Source: Candidatus Bathyarchaeota archaeon
Lineage (GTDB): Archaea; Thermoproteota; Bathyarchaeia; Bathyarchaeales; Bathycorpusculaceae
Assembly (NCBI GenBank): GCA_963739305.1
Contig: CAVTZU010000006.1
Location: 1-36,132 of the forward strand
Length of the DNA: 36,132 bases
Direction of reading: 5' to 3'
Below are positions 28,423-36,132 of this stretch, in pieces. Position 1 is the first letter of the stretch, and each line of letters starts with the position of its first letter. The notes beneath the pieces are model-generated. The model was not told where the DNA came from, did no database searches, and saw only the letters and a program-made list of their open reading frames with translations. The position numbers and the translations under genes are program-made.

Positions 28423-28734
28423 CAAGCCAACAATTACGCCCAAGACCATGAGTGCAGCTCCAATTATCATCAAGATAACCCCCTTTGAAAGCTGCTTCGG
28501 CCTCTGTTCTTCCAAGTACTCTCGGGAAACCGTTGGGTAAGCGATGGTTGTCCTGGTATCGACAGTTCTAGGTCCTGCAGCAACATACCCCCCAAAACCA
28601 AAGATCAACGCACCCTCCATAAAAAGGACGTCCGTAAAACGCATATGAAAAAACACGGCCAGAACAAAGCCCAGTACGAACAGCACCATTGTCAACACGG
28701 TGATTTTCTGCCAAAGCGCGAGAGAAAAATCCAT
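28420..28734 (-). CDS. Hypothetical small membrane protein (~3 TM segments)
   Basis: 104-aa ORF with three hydrophobic stretches. Confidence 0.7.
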   Translation of the reverse strand: MDFSLALWQKITVLTMVLFVLGFVLAVFFHMRFTDVLFMEGALIFGFGGYVAAGPRTVDTRTTIAYPTVSREYLEEQRPKQLSKGVILMIIGAALMVLGVIVGL

Positions 28735-28842
28735 ACTATGTCATCATCTCAAGTGAGTAGCTCTGGCCCCGAGATATATCGCTATCGTCCGCATAAGCCC
28801 AGCCTGCGTATTTCGTACCTTACTAGCGCAAGCACGGTCACG

Positions 28843-28851
28843 CGCGCGCTA
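28843..28851 (-). repeat. TAGCGCGCG direct repeat, copy 3, forming one arm of a bulged hairpin (28824-28851)
   Basis: Immediately follows the rdgB stop. Minus strand reads TAGCGC-GCGCG-TGAC-CGTGC-TT-GCGCTA. Confidence 0.8.
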
Positions 28852-29457
28852 CTAGACTTTGTACCATTCTGCAAAGGTCCGAAACGCCTCTGCACGATGA
28901 GAGAACTTGTTCTTTTCAGTGATGCTCATCTCTGCGAATGTTTTGTTGCTGGTTGCTGGTTCGAAGATTGGGTCGAAGCCAAAACCAGAGTTGCCGTCTC
29001 CTCTCCTCTCTACAAGGGCGATTTTTCCCTCTACCTTTCCGCTGAAGCTTAGCGGAGATTTCAAGTCTCCAGACATGTAGGCAACCGCAGATTCGAAGTA
29101 TGCCTTTCTTGTTTTGACGTTTCGCATGAGCTCGATAAGACCCTTGTTACCGATTGTCTTGTAAACATACGCTGCGTACGGCCCAGGGAAACCGTTCAAA
29201 CCCTCCACAAACAAACCGGCATCCTCAACTATGACCGGCAGGTGGGATCTTTCAAAAGCGTCAACGACACTCCCTTCAGCGATTTCCTGCAAGGAGTCAC
29301 TTTGAATCTCCAGTGACTTGACCCTTAACATGCCGACGGCTATGTTGTACGGGGCCAAGATTCTCCTGGCTTCATTGAACTTGTTGACATTGTTCGTTGC
29401 AAAGAACACAACGCGACCTCTAAGTTGAAAGTTCCTCTTGCTTTCGCTCCGCGACAT
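28852..29457 (-). CDS. rdgB: XTP/dITP diphosphatase (HAM1 family)
   Basis: FATNN.NK, EIQ, VEDAGL...LNGFPGPY, GFGFDPIF and KNKFSHR. Confidence 0.95.
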   Translation of the reverse strand: MSRSESKRNFQLRGRVVFFATNNVNKFNEARRILAPYNIAVGMLRVKSLEIQSDSLQEIAEGSVVDAFERSHLPVIVEDAGLFVEGLNGFPGPYAAYVYKTIGNKGLIELMRNVKTRKAYFESAVAYMSGDLKSPLSFSGKVEGKIALVERRGDGNSGFGFDPIFEPATSNKTFAEMSITEKNKFSHRAEAFRTFAEWYKV

Positions 29458-30085
29458 AACGCCCACGTCTCTCAATCTCCTTGATCTTGCGTAAAACGTT
29501 TTTCAAAGCCTCACCTTTCGTGACGCTGCCGTAACCATCAATCACGGACTTGAAGCATTCTTCGGCAAACCTGTAGTGCGTGCTTTGAAGCGCCCTCTTC
29601 ATCAAGTGCAGATCAACGCCCTTTGCTTCAACCTCATCGTTCTTCTCGCCAAGCCCGAAATCCACGAAGAAAACCTTCCCTTCATCGTTCATTATCATGT
29701 TTGAAGTCGTCAAGTCACCATGAATCAAACTGTACCTGTGAAGCCTGCCGATTTCCTGACCGATCTTGAAGCATACGAGCCTTCGTTCGTCCTCGGAAAC
29801 ATCATTCAGAAGCTGCTTAACCTGCGTCCCTTCCAGGTACTCCATCACGATTACCGTGTTTTTAACGTCGACCAAGAAGATTATAGGGGTAGGCACACCT
29901 GCCTTTTTTGCTTCATGGATCAGCTGGGGCTCGTGAATCGTCCGGTAACAGCGGATCTTGGAATCCAATTGATTATGCCTGTATTTTTTGGGAAGGCGTT
30001 TTTTGAATACGACCTTCCTGCCATGCCAATCCGCAAGGTAAAGGTCGGCTTCGGCACCTTTCTTGAGCAGCCTCATTCGTTTCAC
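29420..30085 (-). CDS. bud32: KEOPS kinase/ATPase Bud32
   Basis: GAEA, RT.HE, HGDLTTSN, DFGL and RGRY. Start is GTG 30085 or ATG 30076. Confidence 0.95.
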   Translation of the reverse strand: MKRMRLLKKGAEADLYLADWHGRKVVFKKRLPKKYRHNQLDSKIRCYRTIHEPQLIHEAKKAGVPTPIIFLVDVKNTVIVMEYLEGTQVKQLLNDVSEDERRLVCFKIGQEIGRLHRYSLIHGDLTTSNMIMNDEGKVFFVDFGLGEKNDEVEAKGVDLHLMKRALQSTHYRFAEECFKSVIDGYGSVTKGEALKNVLRKIKEIERRGRYVAERKQEELST

Positions 30086-31110
30086 TTCATCCACGGAATC
30101 TCGACGTCCTCTACTCGCCACTTCAGCTTGACATAACTCCTGTCAACTTGTGTAACAAGACCGCTCATGTAAGCAAGCACGCCTGTCCAGGCGATCATCG
30201 CGCCGTTGTCGACGGCAAACTCGGTTTCCACAGCGTCGAATTTGACAGATTGCTCCTCTGCCACTGATCGGATCATCGACTGTAACCGCTTGTTGGCCGC
30301 AACACCGCCCGTCAGAAGAAGCTCTTTCTTCCCTGTGTGCGCCACGGCTCTTTCAGTCACTTCCGTGACCATGGAAAACGCGGTTTCCTGAAGGCTGTAA
30401 CACACGTCTTCAAGTTTGAGATGCTTTTTCTCTAACAGAGCTGTGGCGGCCGTCAGTAGCCCGCTCAAGGAGAGATCCATTCCTTTCACGGTGTACGGGA
30501 GAGGAATCAAATCCTTTCCCTTCAAAGCGAGCTTCTCGATCACTGCTCCAAACGGCATTCCCGGTGTCTGGCTTAATCCTGCTTCTCTTGCAAAAACGTC
30601 AAGACAGTTTCCTAACGCGATGTCAAGTGTTTCGCCGAAGACTCGGTAGCGTCCAGCGTCGTAGGCTGCAACCATGGTGTTTCCTCCTGAAACGTACAGT
30701 GTCACCGGGTCTTTGGCACCGGTTCTCAGCTTGCCTATTTCTATGTGTGCTATGCAATGGTTGACGCCGACGAGTGGAACATTCAGGTAAGATGACAAGG
30801 CGCGGGCCACGGTTGCTCCTGTCCGAAGACATGGCCCCAAGCCTGGACCCTGAGAAAACGCGACCAGTGATATGTTGCCAGGCTTCACGCCTGATTTGGT
30901 GAAGGCTTCGTGTAGCACTTTGTCGGCGACGTCAGCATGATGTCTAGCCGCTTCCCGAGGGTGTATACCACCCTTAGACGGTACGTAAGCATCTATCACG
31001 TTGGCCAATATCTTCCCGGCGAAGGTTGATATGCCAACGCTGAAGTCGTCTGCCGTTGATTCAATTCCCAAACAGTACTTTTCTGCCTTCTTGCCCTTCA
31101 TTTTCTTCAT
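30082..31110 (-). CDS. kae1: tRNA N6-threonylcarbamoyltransferase Kae1
   Basis: LGIESTA, GGIHPREAA.HH, GPGL, HCIAHIE, SGGNT, GETLD and DNGAMIAW. Confidence 0.96.
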   Translation of the reverse strand: MKKMKGKKAEKYCLGIESTADDFSVGISTFAGKILANVIDAYVPSKGGIHPREAARHHADVADKVLHEAFTKSGVKPGNISLVAFSQGPGLGPCLRTGATVARALSSYLNVPLVGVNHCIAHIEIGKLRTGAKDPVTLYVSGGNTMVAAYDAGRYRVFGETLDIALGNCLDVFAREAGLSQTPGMPFGAVIEKLALKGKDLIPLPYTVKGMDLSLSGLLTAATALLEKKHLKLEDVCYSLQETAFSMVTEVTERAVAHTGKKELLLTGGVAANKRLQSMIRSVAEEQSVKFDAVETEFAVDNGAMIAWTGVLAYMSGLVTQVDRSYVKLKWRVEDVEIPWMK

Positions 31111-31200
31111 CTTTGAACATGAGTTTTTCCAGGTTTCAGCATACATCTTTTTATTATTAAGTTGCGCATTATAAAGTGGACGAAATTGGAATTGGAGAAA

Positions 31201-31575
31201 ATGCCGAAACGCAATGACCTTGAACAGAGAGCTTTACAGTTCATAATGACCACCGGCTTTGAAGGCGTGCTCCAGTCAGACTTGTGGCATGAACTTGATG
31301 CCAGCAGTCGAGAAGGTTCACGCATAGCTTTGAAGCTTGAGACAAAGGGACTGATCCGAAGGGAGAAGGAACTCCGTGAGGGAAGGTGGACATACAGAAT
31401 CTTTCCAAAGAGGCTGCCGGCTTCGATAGACACTATATCGGACTGTCCATGCTTGATGTGCCCGGATGACCCTCGTTGTGATCCTTCGAGCACGGTTTCA
31501 CCCCAGAACTGTGATAGACTCACAGAGTGGCTTCACGGAATATCCAGCGGTCCGCCTATTGTTGGGGACAGCTAG
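31201..31575 (+). CDS. tfeB: Transcription factor E beta subunit (RPC34-like winged helix + C-terminal 4Fe-4S cysteines)
   Basis: GVLQSDLW..L..SSREGSR...KLE.KGLI winged helix and PCLMC-x5-C-x6-SP..C..L.EW tail. Confidence 0.78.
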   Translation: MPKRNDLEQRALQFIMTTGFEGVLQSDLWHELDASSREGSRIALKLETKGLIRREKELREGRWTYRIFPKRLPASIDTISDCPCLMCPDDPRCDPSSTVSPQNCDRLTEWLHGISSGPPIVGDS

Positions 31576-31577
31576 TT

Positions 31578-32195
31578 TTGCCGAAGGCGTGGCTTCAGGA
31601 CAGGAAAAGAGATTACTACTACAAAAAGGCAAAGCAGGAAATGTACCGTTCAAGGGCGGCGTACAAGCTTTTTGAAGCCATCAAGAGGTACCACTTCATA
31701 GAATACGGCGATGTCGTTGTAGACTTGGGTGCTGCACCGGGCGGTTGGATGCAGGCTGCGCGAAAAACCGTGTGCAAAAAAGGCTTCGTCTTAGGCGTCG
31801 ACCTCAAAGACATCGAGCCTTTCCAACAGCCCTACGTTAAGACGATGATATGTGACATAACGGAACCTGGAACGGTGCAGCAAATCTTAGAGATTATTCC
31901 TCGGAGGGCTGACGCTGTCATTTCTGACGCGTCGCCTAACATCTCAGGAGTATGGGAAGTTGACCATGCTCGGCAGCTGGAACTGGCTCAGCAATCGCTC
32001 GAAATTGCGTTGCAGATCTTGCGGCCTTCGGGCAGCCTTTTCGTTAAGGTTTTTCAAGGCGACATGTTCTCCGACTTCTTGCAGAAGGTGAAGAAGAACT
32101 TCGTAAACGTTACCGTTGTAAAGCCAAAGGCCAGCAGACCCAAGAGTGCAGAAATCTTCCTTCTGGCAAGAGGTCTAAGGACGCAGGAAGCTTAG
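31578..32195 (+). CDS. rlmE: 23S rRNA 2'-O-methyltransferase RlmE/FtsJ
   Basis: YRSRAAYKL, DLGAAPGGW, SDASPNISG, VKVFQG and KP.ASR..S.E. Confidence 0.95.
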   Translation: MPKAWLQDRKRDYYYKKAKQEMYRSRAAYKLFEAIKRYHFIEYGDVVVDLGAAPGGWMQAARKTVCKKGFVLGVDLKDIEPFQQPYVKTMICDITEPGTVQQILEIIPRRADAVISDASPNISGVWEVDHARQLELAQQSLEIALQILRPSGSLFVKVFQGDMFSDFLQKVKKNFVNVTVVKPKASRPKSAEIFLLARGLRTQEA

Positions 32196-32248
32196 ACAGC
32201 AGAACATAAATTCTCTCAATGCCTCCTACTGATTGCAAGTGTGAAACG

Positions 32249-32947
32249 TTGAAGGTGATCGCGGCAGACTCCTCAGCGGCTATACTTAATGAAAAGTTTG
32301 TCGTATTATCCATTGTGGCAACCGCTTCGGTGCTCGTGGGGCCTCCATACCGAGAGGCCAGCACCTTCCTCGCAGAGCCCATTTTCGTGGACGCTGAAAA
32401 GGGGCATGAAGTTGTGGTTCATGAAGCAGAGATGTGTCGAGATCTGCTCGCAAAAACGAAGGCGGACGTCGTTCACTTGGATATGTCTTTAGGCTCCGTT
32501 TCTCTTGAGCAGTTGAGCCCTATACAGTTCTCGGAAATGGGTATCTCTGCAAAAGCTCGTCATCATCTTCTGAGAGTTTTGCCTCGTCTCAGAAAAATCG
32601 GCAATGAGATCACGCAGAAGTATGGCATTGAGGTGTTGGCGATCGGTAAGGAGAGTGTGCCCGTGAGAATTGCGGAATTGACATCTGGCGCGCATGCAAT
32701 CCTGTACGCGTGCGCAAAGGCGTCAAAGGAGAAGCAAGTTACCTTACTGGGTTTGCCCTCTAGGTGCCAACCCCTAATCGTTGGTAAAGGAGTTTATCTG
32801 TATTCGCTGATGCCTGCGGAGCATGATGTGAGAGGTTACGCTATGGATACTGAAGAAATTCTGAACAAGGTTAATATTGCAGAGTTTTTAAATCCCTCCG
32901 CTAGAGGCTTTCGAGCTTTGAAAATAAACCCAAAGGAGACAGAGTAG
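32249..32947 (+). CDS. DUF4152-like archaeal conserved protein
   Basis: KVIAADS.AAIL, PPYR, DVVHLD.SLG, AIGKES.PVRIAEL, LGLP and NP.ARGF; family assignment from recall. Confidence 0.7.
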   Translation: MKVIAADSSAAILNEKFVVLSIVATASVLVGPPYREASTFLAEPIFVDAEKGHEVVVHEAEMCRDLLAKTKADVVHLDMSLGSVSLEQLSPIQFSEMGISAKARHHLLRVLPRLRKIGNEITQKYGIEVLAIGKESVPVRIAELTSGAHAILYACAKASKEKQVTLLGLPSRCQPLIVGKGVYLYSLMPAEHDVRGYAMDTEEILNKVNIAEFLNPSARGFRALKINPKETE

Positions 32948-33490
32948 CTGTCTCTCGCCTTTTGGAGAACAGCTTCATCAAGAAGGAAGCGAATCATCAC
33001 AATCGTGATCTTCTTCCTCATATCGATACTTGTAAGCTGCATAGGCGTACTGACTCCCCTAAGCAAACAAGACGCCGATCAAATCAATCAGGAAGTCGAA
33101 AACATACGAAATAACTCAACTGCTCAGAGCATTCTCGAAAACAACCTGCTCATATGCTTGGCAATGTTCATTCCGATATTCGGACCCATCTTCGGCTTCT
33201 ACGCCCTCTACAACTCGGGAGTCGCCATCGAGGCGCAGGTCATAGCCACTTCGATGGGGATACCGCCGATACTCGTCTTTTTCACGGACTTTGTGTTCCC
33301 TGTTATATGGCTGGAGTTCATCGCGTACTCCATCGCTTTTGCGGAGAGCTTCTGGCTCATAAGACGTGCCACGCAAGGTTTGTTCAAGAAAGAAATCAAG
33401 AATGCTGCCATTCTGATCGCGATATCAGCATTACTGTTGCTGGTTGGCGCAATCATAGAAATAGCGTTAATCAAGGCTTTTTACGGCTAG
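32948..33490 (+). CDS. Stage II sporulation protein M (DUF95)-like membrane protein
   Basis: ILENN, P..WLE..AYS and GAIIE motifs with multiple TM segments. The frame is open back to CTG 32948 after GGAG; first canonical start is GTG 33005. Confidence 0.78.
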   Translation: MSLAFWRTASSRRKRIITIVIFFLISILVSCIGVLTPLSKQDADQINQEVENIRNNSTAQSILENNLLICLAMFIPIFGPIFGFYALYNSGVAIEAQVIATSMGIPPILVFFTDFVFPVIWLEFIAYSIAFAESFWLIRRATQGLFKKEIKNAAILIAISALLLLVGAIIEIALIKAFYG

Positions 33491-33505
33491 CCCTCAAGCT
33501 CACGA

Positions 33506-34372
33506 TCAGGCCTTCTTCGTTGGCATGATTTCGAGGCTCATGTTGAAAGCTCTTGGACTTTGAGTAAGTTCACCCAGGCTCACAAGGTCAACTCCTGTTG
33601 CAGCGAATTTCAAGACGTTTTTTGCGTTGATCCCACCGCTCGCCTCCAACAAGACTTTCTTATCGTACTTCGCTTTTTTCAACGCCTCGAACGCTTTTCG
33701 GATTTTTTCCGGAGAAAAATTGTCTAACATTATGATGTCTGCCTCGGCTCTTGCTGCGCATAATGCATCCTCAATTGTCGTCACCTCAACCTCAATTTTC
33801 TTGCTGAATGAAACGTGTTTGCGGGCAGTTTCAACGGTTTTCTGAACGTTTCCGACCATGGCGATATGATTGTCTTTTATCAGGACCATGTCATCCAGAT
33901 GGAACCTGTGAGCGTCTCCTCCGCCGAGGTGCACGGCCTTCTTGTCGAAGTACAGAAGACCCGGCGCAGTCTTTCTTGTGCACGCAACTCTTGTCTTGAA
34001 CTTGGCCTTGCGCAGTTTCTCGACGAGGTTCCGTGTGGCCGTTGCGATGCCGCTCATGCGTGAAAGAACATTGAGCAACGTTCTTTCTGCGGTCAGAATA
34101 GTCCGTGTATCTCCTGAAATGTTCAGTAGAACCTGGTTCTTTCTCACTTCTTGTCCATCTTTCACAGAGGCTTTTGCTCCAAGTCCAAGGCTTTCCAGCA
34201 GAATCGTTGCTTCCTCGATTCCGGCCACGATGCCGGATTGTCTTGCGACAACTTGAGCCTCCGCCCGTGAAGCGGCTTCAATCACAAGTGATGTCGTCAC
34301 GTCACCTTGACCAACGTCTTCTGCCAACATCTTCAGTAGTTTGGCTTCCAGGATCTTTCGAGGTATGAACAT
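33506..34372 (-). CDS. nadC: Nicotinate-nucleotide pyrophosphorylase (carboxylating)
   Basis: EDVGQGDVT, ER..LN, SGIAT, TRKTAPG, HRF.L.D..LIKDNH, MLDN and EASGGI. Confidence 0.96.
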   Translation of the reverse strand: MFIPRKILEAKLLKMLAEDVGQGDVTTSLVIEAASRAEAQVVARQSGIVAGIEEATILLESLGLGAKASVKDGQEVRKNQVLLNISGDTRTILTAERTLLNVLSRMSGIATATRNLVEKLRKAKFKTRVACTRKTAPGLLYFDKKAVHLGGGDAHRFHLDDMVLIKDNHIAMVGNVQKTVETARKHVSFSKKIEVEVTTIEDALCAARAEADIIMLDNFSPEKIRKAFEALKKAKYDKKVLLEASGGINAKNVLKFAATGVDLVSLGELTQSPRAFNMSLEIMPTKKA

Positions 34373-34417
34373 GCTTGTAACTTCAGGTCTTCGGCTTAAA
34401 ACGCTTATTGCAGTCTC

Positions 34418-35593
34418 TTATTTGTTGGCAACTTCAATGATTGTGTTCACGGCGTTTTCCAGGCCGTCATGCTTTGAAGCTTCCCGTTGCACCTCTGCGG
34501 CTTTCTCAACCATCCTAGTGCTTAGGGTTTCTTTGACTTCTGCGAGGAGTTTCTCTCTGCTTAGGCGGTCTTGAAGAGCGATTCTTGCGACGCCGATGTC
34601 CTCTGCCTGTTTTGCGTTGTTGATTTGTTCGGTGTGTCCAGGAGTCGGTATGAGTATCATGGGTTTGCCGTAGCACATACATTGAGTTATCGTTCCATGT
34701 CCAGCGCGGCCGATCACGAGGTCGCATGCTTTGAGATACTCGAAACGGTTCGGCACCCACTTGTAGATGGTCACGTTTCCATGGCGTATGGGTTTGTCGT
34801 CGGCGCTCGGGTACCCGTAGGACATCACGATTTCGTAATCGTCTGGAAATTCAAGCAGGATCTTTCTCAGGACGCCTGTGACGAAGGCTTTTTCAGAGGT
34901 TGGTCCGCTCAGGGGCGCAAAAATGATTGGCTTGTCAACTGGCAGACCCAGTTTCTTGACTAGCTCCTGCTTCGTGGGCAAATCGTCTGGTCTTGTGGGC
35001 AGTATGGGGCCGATGAGCCTTACGTTCTTGCGGTAGGACCTTGGGATGGTGAGGTTGCCGATTGAAATCGTGTAGGGCGGGGGAAAATCGGGAATAAGAA
35101 CCGCGTTTACGCTCGTCCAGATTTTTCCGATCAATGTGAGCGTGACTACGTCTGCAAACCTTGCCAGCCTTAGGTTGTGTGTTGTTCTAGGAACTAGCGG
35201 CTGAAACTGATTCAACATGCAAATCCTAGGAATCCTTAGCAACCTTGCGGCCAGCAGCGATGAAGCACGAGAATCTGAGACAACAACGTCTGGTCCGCAG
35301 CCCTCTATCGCTGACACTTCGGCATCTATCTGTTTTAGGAGCATGAAAGAAGCGAGAAATGGTCCAGGGTTGATTGCGGTCTGTCGGAAATCGATGCTTC
35401 CGTCAAGCTTGACCTGAAAACCGACCGGGGGGGATTCTATCAACGGAAACCTTTCGCGTTTGACGTAGTCTACTCCTTCGCTGTAGGTTGAAAAGACCAA
35501 TTGAGCTCCCTTTTCGGAGAGTTTTCTTGCAACAGGTACAACTCGCCCGACGTGTCCTAAGCCGATTCCGCATGGAGCGAAGTAGATCTTCAT
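34418..35593 (-). CDS. GT-B glycosyltransferase (MurG/GT28-like)
   Basis: G.GLGH..R N-terminus, RAGHGT and P.PGH.EQ..NA. Confidence 0.87.
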   Translation of the reverse strand: MKIYFAPCGIGLGHVGRVVPVARKLSEKGAQLVFSTYSEGVDYVKRERFPLIESPPVGFQVKLDGSIDFRQTAINPGPFLASFMLLKQIDAEVSAIEGCGPDVVVSDSRASSLLAARLLRIPRICMLNQFQPLVPRTTHNLRLARFADVVTLTLIGKIWTSVNAVLIPDFPPPYTISIGNLTIPRSYRKNVRLIGPILPTRPDDLPTKQELVKKLGLPVDKPIIFAPLSGPTSEKAFVTGVLRKILLEFPDDYEIVMSYGYPSADDKPIRHGNVTIYKWVPNRFEYLKACDLVIGRAGHGTITQCMCYGKPMILIPTPGHTEQINNAKQAEDIGVARIALQDRLSREKLLAEVKETLSTRMVEKAAEVQREASKHDGLENAVNTIIEVANK

Positions 35594-35811
35594 CAGCTGG
35601 TTCCCACCGAGAGGGCGAAGCTCTGGCTTATTGGGCGGCTTTTATCCGCGGCTTGCCCTAGAAAATCGTTGAAAACGGGAGACTCCAGCTTCTGCATTAG
35701 GGGCAAATGGGCTCCGAGCGGTTCTTAACTTTTTTGGAATGTTAAGGAGACGCTTCTGAGAAAACAATTAAGTCAGACAAGCCGAGTATGGATTGAATTG
35801 GAGGACGTGGC

Positions 35812-36132
35812 ATGGCGAAACAGGAGAAAGCAGTTACAAAAGACATGGTCGTTGGACTGCAGGTTGTCGACTCAGATGGCAAAGCTGTTGGAAAGGTCAG
35901 AGACGTTGCTTTCGTCATCGGGAAGATGGGACTGTCGTTGTATGTTGAGGGAAAGAAGGGCGATGGCCGTAACGTAAGTTGGGCTGAGGTTCAAGCCATC
36001 GGCGACTTCGTAGTCTTGAAGCCACCAGAAGCTCAGCAACCGCAAGCCACTGCGCAGACGTGCCCCACGTGTGGTGGACCATTGAGATACATTGCGCAGT
36101 ACCAGAGATGGTGGTGTGACAGAGACAAGAAA
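35812..36132 (+). CDS. PRC-barrel domain protein with C-terminal zinc-ribbon-like motif (runs off the window)
   Basis: Manual translation after GGAGG: MAKQEKAVTKDMVVGLQVVDSDGKAVGKVRDV...VSWAEVQAIGDFVVLK...CPTCGGPLRYIAQYQRWWCDRDKK. Confidence 0.82.
   Translation, partial: MAKQEKAVTKDMVVGLQVVDSDGKAVGKVRDVAFVIGKMGLSLYVEGKKGDGRNVSWAEVQAIGDFVVLKPPEAQQPQATAQTCPTCGGPLRYIAQYQRWWCDRDKK

Noticed and set aside
27038-28851. CRISPR array or classical integron attC sites
   Set aside because: The repeats are only 9 bp with 0.4-1.4 kb spacing, there is no RYYYAAC/GTTRRRY box pair, and no cas or intI gene is present.
35660-35700. Fluoride riboswitch (GGAGTC-like segment)
   Set aside because: It lacks the GATG..TTCGCC / TAATGAC consensus pairing, and the downstream gene is not fluoride-related.

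Overview
Archaeal chromosomal segment, inferred to be Bathyarchaeia/TACK-like. The basis is alba, rps3ae, rps15, separate kae1 and bud32, pcc1, a GAN-type DHH protein, an Fe-S-tailed TFE-beta, an archaeal AbrB-PhoU regulator and frequent TTG/GTG starts. Left to right the window holds: (1) a mixed region with a HEXXH protein, GNAT, large hypothetical protein, MBL hydrolase, SDR, HtpX-like M48 protease, Rieske ferredoxin and Alba; (2) a phosphate locus pstSCAB-phoU-DUF47-HAD with a divergent AbrB-PhoU regulator; (3) an Ord/amine-dehydrogenase-like gene plus moaE, divergent from a tight redox operon [HdrC-like Fe-S::GltD-like flavoprotein fusion]-[HdrA::MvhD fusion]-korDABC, with no hdrB or hydrogenase gene in the window; (4) the conserved kae1-bud32-rdgB-rps15-GAN-pcc1-serS-rps3ae cluster, interrupted between rdgB and rps15 by a ~1.9 kb island with three exact copies of TAGCGCGCG, an integrase-tail-like remnant and an unannotated 28-aa ORF; (5) tfeB, rlmE, DUF4152, SpoIIM-like, nadC, a glycosyltransferase and a PRC-barrel/Zn-ribbon gene. 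Three genes carry single-base +1 frameshifts that are probably sequencing errors, and several genes appear to use non-canonical start codons. I recognised no tRNA, rRNA or CRISPR array. All family assignments come from motif recognition by eye; no database search was run.
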